A stretch of DNA of 64,000 nucleotides from positions 2,501 to 66,500 of the forward strand of contig JBJERM010000122.1 of the NCBI GenBank assembly GCA_051882315.1. Reading direction: 5' to 3'. This document shows positions 19,309 to 29,010 of the stretch, piece by piece; the stretch's first letter is position 1; every line of letters begins with the position of its first letter. Below the pieces are notes generated by a model, which searched no databases, was not told the DNA's origin, and was given only the letters and a program-made list of their open reading frames with translations. This DNA is from Ruminiclostridium sp. (GTDB taxonomy: Bacteria > Bacillota > Clostridia > Oscillospirales > Ruminococcaceae). The position numbers and the translations under genes were made by a program.

Positions 19309-19589
19309 TATATTTTACCTCGGTACTCCTCTTTTTCTAAAAGGCAGGAGATTTTTTTCATGATGTAGTCGTAATTGTCCTTGATATGGGGTATTTTACA
19401 ATCAGAGCAGTCCTTTATCCCGTTTTCAAGGATTTTCCCGTTACCGCCGCAGCTTGTAAAGTATAAGGGGCAGTAGCAGAAAAGGCAGCTGAAGCCTTCC
19501 TTTGGTATATCCTTGTGACAGGGAAAAAACTCGCATTTTTCGTTCTGAAAGAACTTGTAGTTTTCCGTTTTTCCCACTCTCCTTCCCAT
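19308..19589 (-). CDS. Cysteine-rich small-domain protein
   Basis: CEFFPCH...CLFCYCPLY...KDCSDCKIPH. Its stop overlaps the GH26 ATG. Confidence 0.85.
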   Translation of the reverse strand: MGRRVGKTENYKFFQNEKCEFFPCHKDIPKEGFSCLFCYCPLYFTSCGGNGKILENGIKDCSDCKIPHIKDNYDYIMKKISCLLEKEEYRGKI

Positions 19590-19695
19590 TTAACCGCAAT
19601 TCCCTGATATTGTAGCATAAAAACATGGGTTTTGCAATATTAAAATTAAACGGTAATACTTTTGTATAATTTTGCACAAAAAATTCACTTTATTC

Positions 19696-19724
19696 TTGCA
19701 AAAATTTCAATAACGTGGTATAAT
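19696..19724 (+). promoter_or_regulatory. Sigma-A promoter with extended -10
   Basis: TTGCAA, 17 bp, TG-G-TATAAT (19719-24). Confidence 0.65.
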
Positions 19725-19792
19725 TACATTAATATTAAGTTTTTGGGGCAGCAGTACAGCCTGCTGCAAAACAATTGAAAAGAGGCGTAAAT

Positions 19793-20044
19793 ATGCTTGA
19801 ATTTAAGTTCGATACCCAGCTTCTTATAGAGGGCGAAAACCTCTCCGAAGACGACATCAACGACTATTTCAGAGCGAATTTCAAGGGGGATTGTCTGCTT
19901 GCAGTAGGGGACGAGGACCTTATAAAGATTCACTTTCATACCAACGAGCCATGGAAGGTGCTGGAATACTGCGCTTCCCTTGGGGAAATCTACGACGTTG
20001 TAATTGAGAATATGGAACGTCAGGAGCAGGGCTTAAAGGGATAA
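19793..20044 (+). CDS. Small stand-alone protein resembling the middle domain of FakA/YloV (DAK2-family fatty-acid kinase)
   Basis: GDCLLAVGDEDLIKIHFHTNEP...IENMERQ resembles FakA GDSL...KVHVHT..P...IENM..Q. Confidence 0.7.
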   Translation: MLEFKFDTQLLIEGENLSEDDINDYFRANFKGDCLLAVGDEDLIKIHFHTNEPWKVLEYCASLGEIYDVVIENMERQEQGLKG

Positions 20045-20075
20045 CCAACAATAATTATTATCGGGAGGGCGGTTT

Positions 20076-20399
20076 ATGGATAACCCTATCGACGAAATAA
20101 TCGCCATAGACAAGGCAGCGAGAAAAACCGTAGCAGAGGCAGAGCAGAGGGCTAAGGAGATTTTAGCTTCTGCACAGGAAGAAAAGCAAAGATTAAAAGA
20201 GGAAAGCGCCGCAAAGCTAAGCGCCGAAACAAAGGAACAGCGCTTTTCCGCACAGAAGATAACCGACGTGGAGATAGAGCGCATTGAGGAAGAGGCGGAG
20301 GAGAAGTGCCGTTTGCTGAACGAGAGAATGACCTCGGAAAGAAGCGCCCGTAAGGCGGAAATTGTAAGCCGCATTATCGGGCTTGCCGAAAGGAACTGA
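20076..20399 (+). CDS. V/A-type ATPase peripheral stalk subunit H/G
   Basis: Charged coiled coil (IDKAARKTVAEAEQRAKEIL); first gene of the V/A-ATPase cluster. Confidence 0.7.
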   Translation: MDNPIDEIIAIDKAARKTVAEAEQRAKEILASAQEEKQRLKEESAAKLSAETKEQRFSAQKITDVEIERIEEEAEEKCRLLNERMTSERSARKAEIVSRIIGLAERN

Positions 20400-20403
20400 T
20401 GAA

Positions 20404-21423
20404 ATGGGAAACAGCGCAGCAGTTGCAAAATCCCGCGCAGTTTACGGAAGCTTCCTTAAAAAAGAGGACTACGATATTCTTATGAACAAAAGCTCTATCG
20501 GCGCTGCGGTAGCTTATTTGCGCACAAAGCCAAGGTATGCGGCGGCTTTCGCAGATGTTGACGAGGCGGCGGTGCACCGTGAGCAGGTCGAGGAGCTTAT
20601 AAGCAAAAGCGTTTTCGACAACTATATAAGAATATGCAAGTTTTCAGCAGGAAGCCGCAAGGGAATTGCCCGTTTTCATATCAAAAAGCTTGAGGCAGAG
20701 CAGCTTTCAAAGGCGGTAATAGCCGTTTCAACAGGCTCTCAGGCGGGCTTTTACGGAAATCTGCCCTACTACCTTATGGACTACCTTTCCTTTAACCCCG
20801 CAGAGGCGGCGGAGGCGAAAAGCTTTTCCGCTCTGCTTGATGTATTGAAGGGTACGGGCTACTACAAGTTTTTAAAGCCTGTTATGAGCGGGGAAAAGGC
20901 GGACGTCAACGAGATTATTATTGCAATAAACGCCTGCTATATGAAATGGGCGTTTAATGAAATTAATTCGGGGGTTAAGGGCAGGGCAAAGGAACAGCTT
21001 AAAAACTTTTTCCTGCGAAAGGCGGATATTGATAACCTGCTTTTATGTTACAGGCTCAGAACCTTTTTCGGGAAAGAGCCTGAGGAGATTAAGTCAATGC
21101 TTTCTCCCTATCATTATCGGCTCAGACCCGCAGAAATAGACGAGGCGCTAAAAAGCCCGAATCCCGATACGGCGATACGTGAGCTTTTCCTGCGAAAGAA
21201 GCTGGCGGTCAATATAAGCCGCAGAGAGGACTGCCCCGAAATAGCGGTAAACGCCGCAGATTTCAGGTATTTCCGCCGACGGCTTGCCCTCAGTACAAAC
21301 GAAATCGAGGCGCTTTATTCACTTATGGTGTTAGCGGAGCTTGAAGCCGCTAATCTTTTCAGAATAATCGAGGGAATACGCTACGGCTTATCCTCGGAGG
21401 AAATAGAAAAATTTATTGTGTAA
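20404..21423 (+). CDS. ntpC: V/A-type ATPase subunit C (d)
   Basis: AKSRAVYG...EAANLFRIIEGIRYG pattern, size and operon position. Confidence 0.85.
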   Translation: MGNSAAVAKSRAVYGSFLKKEDYDILMNKSSIGAAVAYLRTKPRYAAAFADVDEAAVHREQVEELISKSVFDNYIRICKFSAGSRKGIARFHIKKLEAEQLSKAVIAVSTGSQAGFYGNLPYYLMDYLSFNPAEAAEAKSFSALLDVLKGTGYYKFLKPVMSGEKADVNEIIIAINACYMKWAFNEINSGVKGRAKEQLKNFFLRKADIDNLLLCYRLRTFFGKEPEEIKSMLSPYHYRLRPAEIDEALKSPNPDTAIRELFLRKKLAVNISRREDCPEIAVNAADFRYFRRRLALSTNEIEALYSLMVLAELEAANLFRIIEGIRYGLSSEEIEKFIV

Positions 21424-21471
21424 GCTTACTGCATAAAAACAGAATTTATAATAGTTAAGAAAGGAATACAC

Positions 21472-23490
21472 ATGGCAATCGAGAAAGTAACGCTTGTCGA
21501 TGTGGGCGGAAGTCTTAAGAAAATCAATAAGACTCTGGTTAAGTGCTGCGAAAGCGGCTGTTTTCACATTAACCCGCCGCCGAACATTTCCGACTCCCAC
21601 TTAGAGGCGAAAAACCTCCGTGACAGGGGAGTTTACGAGCGCATGATAAAACGCTGCCGCATTGTTGCGGAGGATCTGGGAGTTACCCTTGACGAGAACG
21701 CCTCCTACGACGACATTGAGTACAACGTAAGTATTGACTTCAAGAAGTATCTTGACGAGCTTGAGGGGCAGTTCGACTCTCTTACGGAGGAAAAGCGAAG
21801 CCTTGACTCTGCCCTTCGCTCCCACGGAGCAATCTATCTGAATCTGCTCCAGTTTTCGGGCTTTGCATCGGATTTCGACGAGCTTTTCGCCTGCCGCTAT
21901 ATAAAGATACGCTTCGGCCGTATTCCTACGGGCAGTATCGGAAAGCTGGATTTCTACGATGACAGGTGCTTTTTCTTCTTCCCCTTCGGAAATGAAACAA
22001 GCTATACATGGTGCCTTTATTTAACGCCCCAGTCAGACGCAAACGAAACCGACTTTCTTTTTAAGACCTTAGGCTTCGAGCGTACCATAATGCCCGACTA
22101 CCTTAAGGGCAACACCGACCAGGCTTCGGACAGGCTTTTAGAACAGATGAAGCGGGAAAGCGACAGGATAACGGAAATTGACGGCAAGCTTTCGGAAATC
22201 GCCGCTAAAGAGGGCGCAAAGCTTTCTAAGGTTTACGCAAAGCTTGTGGCGCTGGATAACAGCTACGAGCTGAGAGCAAACGTGCTTGTAATCGGAAACC
22301 GCTTCCATTTTTCCGGATATGTTCCCGAAAGCGAAGCGGGGCGGTTTACGGAAATGATACGCTCGGTAGGGGACGTTACGGTAACGGTACGAAATGCGGA
22401 TAAGGACGACGAAGCGCCGGTTAAGCTTAAAAACAACTGGTTCTTCCGACCTTTTGAGATGTTCGTTAAGATGTACGGACTGCCCGCCCACGACGGAATA
22501 GACCCCACTCCCATTGTTGCGGTTTCCTACATTCTGCTTTACGGAATAATGTTCGGCGACTTAGGGCAGGGACTTCTTATTTTCCTGCTTGGGCTTGTGC
22601 TTTCTAAGTTCACAAGCTTCAAGTTAGCGCCGATTATGACGAGAATAGGGCTTTCAAGCGCATTTTTCGGCGTCGTTTACGGTTCTGTTTTCGGAAACGA
22701 GGAGCTTATACAGCCTTTCTTCCGCTTCCCGAAAGTATATCAGCTTATGGGGCTTACCGAGCCGCCGGAAAATATCTTCCAGGCTTCAACTCTCCTGCTT
22801 ATAGCGGCGCTTTGCATAGGCGTTGTGCTGGTTATAATAACAATGCTGATAAACATTGTTGTAAGCCTTAAAAACAAGGATTTTGAAAGCGGCATTTTCG
22901 GCGGAAGCGGTCTTGTGGGCTTTGTCCTCTACACGGCGGTAATAATAGGCGTTGGCGGCGGTTTTGCCTTCGGGCTTGACATTATGCAGCCCTGGTACGT
23001 TATCTGCTTTATTGTTCTTCCCCTTGTGCTTATGTTCTTTAAAGAGCCTATTCTTCACTCCATGGGTGCAAAGAAGTCCTCGGAAAACGGGGCGCTTGAT
23101 AAGGGACTTAAGGCAAGGCTTGAAAAGATGTTCGCCGAGGAGAACGGAAAGAAAAAACCGGTGGGTACTTTCATAATCGAGGGAGTTATCGAGCTTTTTG
23201 AAACCTGCCTTACCTACCTTACCAACACAATGTCATTCTTACGAATAGGCGGCTTTATCTTAAGCCATGCAGGTCTTATGCTGGTTTTCGGCGTTGTGGC
23301 AAACCTTGCAGGCGAGGGCCCCGGCTATATAATCGTTCAGGTTATAGGAAACCTCTTTGTAACAGGCTTCGAGGGCTTCCTTGTAGGTATTCAGGTGCTT
23401 CGTCTTGAGTTCTACGAAATGTTCAGCAGGTTCTTCAGAGGCGGCGGAAAGCCCTTTAACCCTGTAACTATAAGCTCTAAGGCTGCTTAA
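21472..23490 (+). CDS. ntpI: V/A-type ATPase subunit I (a)
   Basis: PFEMFVKMYGLP, DPTP, MFGDLGQG, NTMSFLRIGGF, LRLEFYEMFSRFF. Confidence 0.95.
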   Translation: MAIEKVTLVDVGGSLKKINKTLVKCCESGCFHINPPPNISDSHLEAKNLRDRGVYERMIKRCRIVAEDLGVTLDENASYDDIEYNVSIDFKKYLDELEGQFDSLTEEKRSLDSALRSHGAIYLNLLQFSGFASDFDELFACRYIKIRFGRIPTGSIGKLDFYDDRCFFFFPFGNETSYTWCLYLTPQSDANETDFLFKTLGFERTIMPDYLKGNTDQASDRLLEQMKRESDRITEIDGKLSEIAAKEGAKLSKVYAKLVALDNSYELRANVLVIGNRFHFSGYVPESEAGRFTEMIRSVGDVTVTVRNADKDDEAPVKLKNNWFFRPFEMFVKMYGLPAHDGIDPTPIVAVSYILLYGIMFGDLGQGLLIFLLGLVLSKFTSFKLAPIMTRIGLSSAFFGVVYGSVFGNEELIQPFFRFPKVYQLMGLTEPPENIFQASTLLLIAALCIGVVLVIITMLINIVVSLKNKDFESGIFGGSGLVGFVLYTAVIIGVGGGFAFGLDIMQPWYVICFIVLPLVLMFFKEPILHSMGAKKSSENGALDKGLKARLEKMFAEENGKKKPVGTFIIEGVIELFETCLTYLTNTMSFLRIGGFILSHAGLMLVFGVVANLAGEGPGYIIVQVIGNLFVTGFEGFLVGIQVLRLEFYEMFSRFFRGGGKPFNPVTISSKAA

Positions 23491-23513
23491 TAAAAGAAAG
23501 GAAATTTACGGCT

Positions 23514-23945
23514 ATGTTATTATTTTTATTACCTCTTTTTGCACTTGCACTTATTATAATTCCTCTTGCGGTTGCAATCTGCAAGGCAAGAGCAGGCAAA
23601 AGCTTCAGCAGAAAAAGAACAATCCTCCTTAACGGCGGAGTTTTTACCGGCGTGATGATTCTTATGACGGTTTTAATGCCTGTTATTGCAGGAGCAGAGG
23701 GCGCTGCTGTTGCTGCTGAAACGGGAGTAACCGTGGGCGAGGGCTTAAAGGCGCTTGCTGCTTCACTTTCAACCGGCTTTGCAACAATCGGCACGGGTAT
23801 TGCGGTAGGTAACGCAGCTTCCGCAGCTATCGGCGCTACAAGCGAGGACGAGAAGAACTTTACAAAGTCCCTTATCTTCGTTGCTCTTGGCGAGGGCGTT
23901 GCAATCTACGGACTTCTTATCTCAATTCTTATTCTTTTCAGCTGA
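23514..23945 (+). CDS. ntpK: V/A-type ATPase proteolipid subunit K (c)
   Basis: GIAVGNAASAAIG...IFVALGEGVAIYG with the carboxylate Glu. Confidence 0.92.
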   Translation: MLLFLLPLFALALIIIPLAVAICKARAGKSFSRKRTILLNGGVFTGVMILMTVLMPVIAGAEGAAVAAETGVTVGEGLKALAASLSTGFATIGTGIAVGNAASAAIGATSEDEKNFTKSLIFVALGEGVAIYGLLISILILFS

Positions 23946-23972
23946 TACCGAGAAACCGAAAGGACGGATATT

Positions 23973-24281
23973 TTGAAGTGCTTTTTAATAAGCGATAACG
24001 TTGATACCCGTATGGGCATGCGGCTTGCGGGAGTAGAGGGCGTGGTTGTCCACGAAAAGAACGAGGTTATGGACGCTCTTAAAACCGCTGTTGCAGACAA
24101 AAGTATCGCTGTCATACTTATGACGAAAAAGCTTACCGAGCTTTGCTCGGGAGAGATTTACGATATGAAGCTTAATCTTAAGAAGCCCCTTATCGTTGAA
24201 ATCCCCGACAGGCACGGCGATTCCCATATCTCCGATACGATTACGGGATATGTGAACGAGGCAATTGGAATTAAACTGTAA
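23973..24281 (+). CDS. V/A-type ATPase subunit F
   Basis: ISDNVDTRMGMRLAGV...PLIVEIPDRHG; TTG start. Confidence 0.9.
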   Translation: MKCFLISDNVDTRMGMRLAGVEGVVVHEKNEVMDALKTAVADKSIAVILMTKKLTELCSGEIYDMKLNLKKPLIVEIPDRHGDSHISDTITGYVNEAIGIKL

Positions 24282-24301
24282 AACATCTGAGGTTACAGAT
24301 T

Positions 24302-24889
24302 ATGATTGATAATGAGAAACAGCTTGAACGCCTGCGTAAGGAAGTCGAGGAGCAGGCGAAAAAAGATGCGGAGAGTATAATTTCCGAAGCCGAAAAAAAG
24401 GCGGAGGAGATGTTAAGCGAGGAGCGCTCACAGCTTGAAAAGGAGCGGGGACTTGCCGCACTTTCAATGACGGGAAAGTTCGAGGCTTCCGAAAGAAAAC
24501 GCCTGTCCGAAGTAAGAAGCGGCGCCGACAGGAAGGTACTGCTCCATAGAAACGGACTTGTTGAGGACCTTTTCTCTGAGATAAGAGAAGAGCTTGAAGC
24601 CTTTGTGAAAAGCGAGAATTATGCCGATTATCTGAAAAAAGCGGTGGAAAAGGCGAACGGGGCAGAAGCGCTCTGCGAGGGTACGGTTATTCTCTGCCGC
24701 CCCTGCGATAAGACTGCTGCAATAAAGGCGGCTGGGGGTTATCCCGTGACCGCAGAAACCGACAGAAGCATAGAAATAGGCGGAATTACCGTAAAATACC
24801 CAAAGGGAATAGCTATCGACCTTACTTTGGATACTGCCCTTGAAAACGAAAGGGAAGCTTTCTCGGCGGATTCGGCTATGCAGCTATAA
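24302..24889 (+). CDS. ntpE: V/A-type ATPase subunit E
   Basis: N-terminal coiled coil, IEIGG...IDLTLD; operon position. Confidence 0.85.
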   Translation: MIDNEKQLERLRKEVEEQAKKDAESIISEAEKKAEEMLSEERSQLEKERGLAALSMTGKFEASERKRLSEVRSGADRKVLLHRNGLVEDLFSEIREELEAFVKSENYADYLKKAVEKANGAEALCEGTVILCRPCDKTAAIKAAGGYPVTAETDRSIEIGGITVKYPKGIAIDLTLDTALENEREAFSADSAMQL

Positions 24890-24932
24890 AAGGCACCACT
24901 TAAGTCAATTCTACACCAAAGGACTTGAATTT

Positions 24933-26678
24933 ATGAACACAATTTACGCAATAAACGGACCTGTTATAAAGCTAAAGGGAACTAAGGATTTCTCTATGCG
25001 GGAAATGGTTTTCGTAGGCGAAAAAAGGCTTATCGGCGAGGTTATCGGGGTAAGCGGGGAATATACCGTTATTCAGGTCTACGAAAATACCGCAGGTCTT
25101 AAAATCGGAGAAAAGGTTGAGGGTACCGGCGGACCTATGAGTATAACCTTAGGCCCCGGAATTATCTCCAACATTTTTGACGGAATTGCAAGACCCCTTA
25201 CCGAGATGAAAAAGACGGACGGGGCTTTCGTTTCCGAGGGCAGCAGCATATCAACCGTTGACGAAGAGCGGGTTTTTGAGGTAACTGTTACCGCTAAAGT
25301 CGGGGACGAGCTTACCGGAGGCGAGGTTTACGCTTACTGCAACGAAAGCTCCCTTATAGTAAATAAGGCTATGGTGCCGCCCACGGTAAAGAAGCTGCGG
25401 GTTACTTATGCGGCGGAAAGCGGCGCTCATAAGGTGAATGACGTTATCATAAGGGGCGAGGTAAAGGGTGAAGAAATGGAGTTTACCCTCTGCCAGAAGT
25501 GGGCAATCAGAACTCCCCGTCCCGTAAAATCCCGTATTCCGATAAATACGCCACTTATTACGGGACAGAGAATACTGGACTCTATCGTACCTATCGCAAA
25601 GGGCGGTACTGCGGCTATTCCCGGCGGCTTCGGAACGGGTAAAACCATGACCCAGCACCAGATTGCAAAGTGGTGCGACGCTGATATTATCGTTTATATA
25701 GGCTGCGGCGAGCGTGGAAACGAAATGACACAGGTTCTTGAGGAATTTTCCGAGCTTATCGACCCGAAATCGGGAAAGCCCCTTACCGACAGAACCGTGC
25801 TTATCGCCAACACCTCGAATATGCCTGTTGCGGCAAGAGAGGCGTCTATCTATACGGGCATAACCATTGCGGAATACTACCGTGATATGGGCTACGATAT
25901 TGCAATTATGGCGGACTCAACCTCCCGCTGGGCGGAGGCGCTGAGAGAAATTTCGGGAAGACTTGAGGAAATGCCCGCCGAGGAGGGCTTTCCCGCTTAT
26001 CTTCCCTCCCGTCTTTCCGAGTTCTACGAAAGAGCGGGAAATGCACAGACTCTATCGGGAAAACGGGGCAGCGTAACCATTATCGGCGCTGTTTCGCCCC
26101 AAGGCTCCGACTTCTCTGAGCCTGTAACACAGAATACAAAGCGCTTTGTACGCTGCTTTATTGCACTTGACAAGTCGCTGGCTTACGCAAGACACTATCC
26201 TGCAATAAACTGGCTTACAAGCTACTCGGAGTATGTGGACGACTTTACGGAGTACTACGAAAAGAACGTGGGCGAGGATTTTCTTGCCGTAAGGCAGGAG
26301 ATAAACAGCCTGCTTTTAGAGGAAAATAAGCTTATGGAGATTGTAAAGCTTATCGGCGCAGACGTTCTTCCCGACGACCAGAAGCTTGTAATCGAAACCG
26401 CAAAGGTTATAAGAACGGGCTTTTTACAGCAGAACGCCTTCCATAAGGAGGACACCTACGTTCCCATGAAAAAACAGCTGCTTATGATGAAAGCAATACT
26501 GCACCTGTATAAAAAGGCGCTTGAAGCGGTAGAAAATGGTATTCCTGTTTCAGCGGTTGTGGCTACGGGGCTTTTCGACAAGCTTACAAAGATGAAGTAC
26601 GATATTCCCAATGATAAGCCCGAAATGTTTGATGAATATATGCGGGAAATCGACCGATTAACAGGCGAATTGTCCTGA
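24933..26678 (+). CDS. ntpA: V/A-type ATPase catalytic subunit A
   Basis: Walker A PGGFGTGKT, GCGERGNE, ADSTSRWAEALRE. Start moved to MNTIY (24933). Confidence 0.98.
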   Translation: MNTIYAINGPVIKLKGTKDFSMREMVFVGEKRLIGEVIGVSGEYTVIQVYENTAGLKIGEKVEGTGGPMSITLGPGIISNIFDGIARPLTEMKKTDGAFVSEGSSISTVDEERVFEVTVTAKVGDELTGGEVYAYCNESSLIVNKAMVPPTVKKLRVTYAAESGAHKVNDVIIRGEVKGEEMEFTLCQKWAIRTPRPVKSRIPINTPLITGQRILDSIVPIAKGGTAAIPGGFGTGKTMTQHQIAKWCDADIIVYIGCGERGNEMTQVLEEFSELIDPKSGKPLTDRTVLIANTSNMPVAAREASIYTGITIAEYYRDMGYDIAIMADSTSRWAEALREISGRLEEMPAEEGFPAYLPSRLSEFYERAGNAQTLSGKRGSVTIIGAVSPQGSDFSEPVTQNTKRFVRCFIALDKSLAYARHYPAINWLTSYSEYVDDFTEYYEKNVGEDFLAVRQEINSLLLEENKLMEIVKLIGADVLPDDQKLVIETAKVIRTGFLQQNAFHKEDTYVPMKKQLLMMKAILHLYKKALEAVENGIPVSAVVATGLFDKLTKMKYDIPNDKPEMFDEYMREIDRLTGELS

Positions 26679-26696
26679 ACGAAAGGATTGATATAA

Positions 26697-28070
26697 ATGA
26701 ACGTTCAGTATGCGGGACTCAGCGAAATAAACGGTCCTCTCGTGTGCCTTGAGGGAGTAAGCGGCGTTGCCTACGAGGAGATTGCCGAGCTGAGGCTTGA
26801 GGACGGCACAAGGCGCCTTGGCAGAGTTGTGCAGATGGAGGGGGACAAGGTAATTCTCCAGGTTTTCGAGGGTACCTCCGGTCTTTCTCTTGAAAACACC
26901 AGAACTGTTTTTAAGGGCAGACCCCTTGAAATTCCCCTTAGCGGCGAAATGCTGGGACGAGTTTTTAACGGGGCAGGCAGACCTGCCGACGGGTTGGGCG
27001 AGGTTTTCGCTGAAAAGCGGGGAGATATAAACGGACGGGCGCTTAATCCTGTTGCAAGACAGTACCCGAGGAACTATATCCATACCGGAATATCTTCAAT
27101 CGACTGTCTTATGACCCTTATTAGAGGGCAGAAGCTTCCGATTTTCTCAGGCTCGGGTATGGCGCATAACAAGCTGGCTGTTCAGATTGTAAAGCAGGCT
27201 CGTATTGCGGAGGAAAACGGGAAGGACTTCGGCGTTGTTTTTGCGGCTATGGGCGTACAGAACGACGTTGCTGACTACTTTCGCCGCTCCTTTGAGGAAG
27301 CGGGAGCAAGCAGCAGGGTTGTAATGTTCCTTAACCTTTCAAACGACCCGATTATCGAGAGAATACTGACTCCCCGCTGTGCTCTTACAGCGGCGGAATA
27401 TCTTGCTTATGAGAAGAATATGCATATTCTCGTAATTATGACGGATATTACTTCTTACTGCGAAGCGCTTCGTGAGTTTTCATCATCAAAGGGAGAAATT
27501 CCCGGACGAAAGGGCTATCCCGGCTATCTTTATTCCGACCTTGCTTCTCTTTATGAAAGGGCAGGAATAATAGAGGGCGGCGGAGGTTCTGTAACACAGA
27601 TTCCGATTTTAACAATGCCCAACGACGATATAACCCACCCTATCCCCGACCTTACCGCCTATATTACCGAGGGGCAGATTGTTTTCGACCGCAGGCTTGA
27701 TTCCATGGGCATTTACCCGGGGCTTTCGGTGCTGATGTCCCTGTCAAGGCTTATGAAGGACGGAATTGGCGAGGGCTGCACAAGGGACGACCACAGCGAC
27801 GTTGCAAACCAGCTTTTCGCCGCCTACGCAAAGGTTCAGGACGCCCGCTCCCTTGCTTCGGTTATCGGCGAGGACGAGCTTTCGGAAATTGACAAGAAGT
27901 ATATGGAATTCGGCGTTCAGTTTGAAAACCGCTTTATAAATCAGGGCTTTGATGAAAACAGGAGCATGGACCAAACCTTAGAGCTTGCATGGGATTTGCT
28001 GTCCTTACTGCCGAAATCGGAGCTGGACAGAATAAGCGACAAGGTTATCGAAAAGCATTATCACTCTTAA
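26697..28070 (+). CDS. ntpB: V/A-type ATPase subunit B
   Basis: [40 protein letters not shown]. Confidence 0.98.
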   Translation: MNVQYAGLSEINGPLVCLEGVSGVAYEEIAELRLEDGTRRLGRVVQMEGDKVILQVFEGTSGLSLENTRTVFKGRPLEIPLSGEMLGRVFNGAGRPADGLGEVFAEKRGDINGRALNPVARQYPRNYIHTGISSIDCLMTLIRGQKLPIFSGSGMAHNKLAVQIVKQARIAEENGKDFGVVFAAMGVQNDVADYFRRSFEEAGASSRVVMFLNLSNDPIIERILTPRCALTAAEYLAYEKNMHILVIMTDITSYCEALREFSSSKGEIPGRKGYPGYLYSDLASLYERAGIIEGGGGSVTQIPILTMPNDDITHPIPDLTAYITEGQIVFDRRLDSMGIYPGLSVLMSLSRLMKDGIGEGCTRDDHSDVANQLFAAYAKVQDARSLASVIGEDELSEIDKKYMEFGVQFENRFINQGFDENRSMDQTLELAWDLLSLLPKSELDRISDKVIEKHYHS

Positions 28071-28085
28071 AAGAAAGGCTTTACT

Positions 28086-28754
28086 ATGGCACAGCAGGTT
28101 TTTGCAACCAAGGGCAATTTAATAGCAGCAAGACGCTCGCTTATACAGGCGAAAATCGGCTATGAGCTTATGGACAGGAAGAGAAATATCCTTATCCGTG
28201 AAATGGTAAGCCTTACCGACAAGGCACGGGAGCTTAACGAAAGTCTTGAAAAGACCTTCGCGGAAGCCTATCTCGCCCTTCGTACCGCCAACGTTACCGA
28301 CGGCGTAATTATTGACAAGACCGAGCGTATGCCTGTTGACGACAGCATTGAAATTAGTTTCAGAAGCGTTATGGGTATCGAGCTTCCCAGAGTAAGGGGA
28401 GGGGACGCAAATCCAACTCTTTGCTATACCCTTGCGGATACGGATTCTGCCTTTGACAAGGCATATATCTGCTTTACAAAAGCCAAGCAGACGGGGCTTG
28501 TGCTGGCGGAAATTGAAAACAGCGTTTACCGACTGTCTACTGCAATAAGAAAGACCCAGAAGAGAGCAAATGCACTTAAAAATATTCTTATCCCTATGTA
28601 TAAGGAGCAGGTGCGGTTTATTACAAGCGCTCTTGAGGAAAAGGAGAGAGAGGAATTTTCAAGGCAGAAGATAATTAAGGCGGTTAAGCTAAAAAAACAG
28701 TCTCAGGCTGTCGATAAACCGCCATCTGCGTCTGTCAACTCGTCATCGCTTTGA
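28086..28754 (+). CDS. ntpD: V/A-type ATPase subunit D
   Basis: TKGNL...GYELMDRKRNIL...RKTQKRANAL...EREEFSR. Confidence 0.95.
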   Translation: MAQQVFATKGNLIAARRSLIQAKIGYELMDRKRNILIREMVSLTDKARELNESLEKTFAEAYLALRTANVTDGVIIDKTERMPVDDSIEISFRSVMGIELPRVRGGDANPTLCYTLADTDSAFDKAYICFTKAKQTGLVLAEIENSVYRLSTAIRKTQKRANALKNILIPMYKEQVRFITSALEEKEREEFSRQKIIKAVKLKKQSQAVDKPPSASVNSSSL

Positions 28755-28877
28755 TATGGCGGCATCCGTGCCGCCTTTGGGCGATGACTTACTTGCATCC
28801 TGCAACCGCATAACGGCAGGCACAAAGCCTAGCCGTTATGCGGTTTCCTAGCATCTGACGGCTTCTCGGCAGCCTGA
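28703..28877. mobile_element. MITE-like element family B, copy B1
   Basis: 22-bp imperfect terminal inverted repeats (TCAGGCTGTCGATAAACCGCCA / TGACGGCTTCTCGGCAGCCTGA, 18/22) and internal hairpins. Homologous to 45651-45757. No transposase nearby. Confidence 0.75.
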
Positions 28878-29010
28878 AATATGTTTTTTGACGAACTGGG
28901 ACTGCTGCGGCAGTCCCTTTTGTTGTATAATGATGCCGCCCGTATGAGAAATCTCATACGGGCGGCGGGTGATATGGAGAGGAAAATAATGAGTAGGTGT
29001 GTCTTGATTT

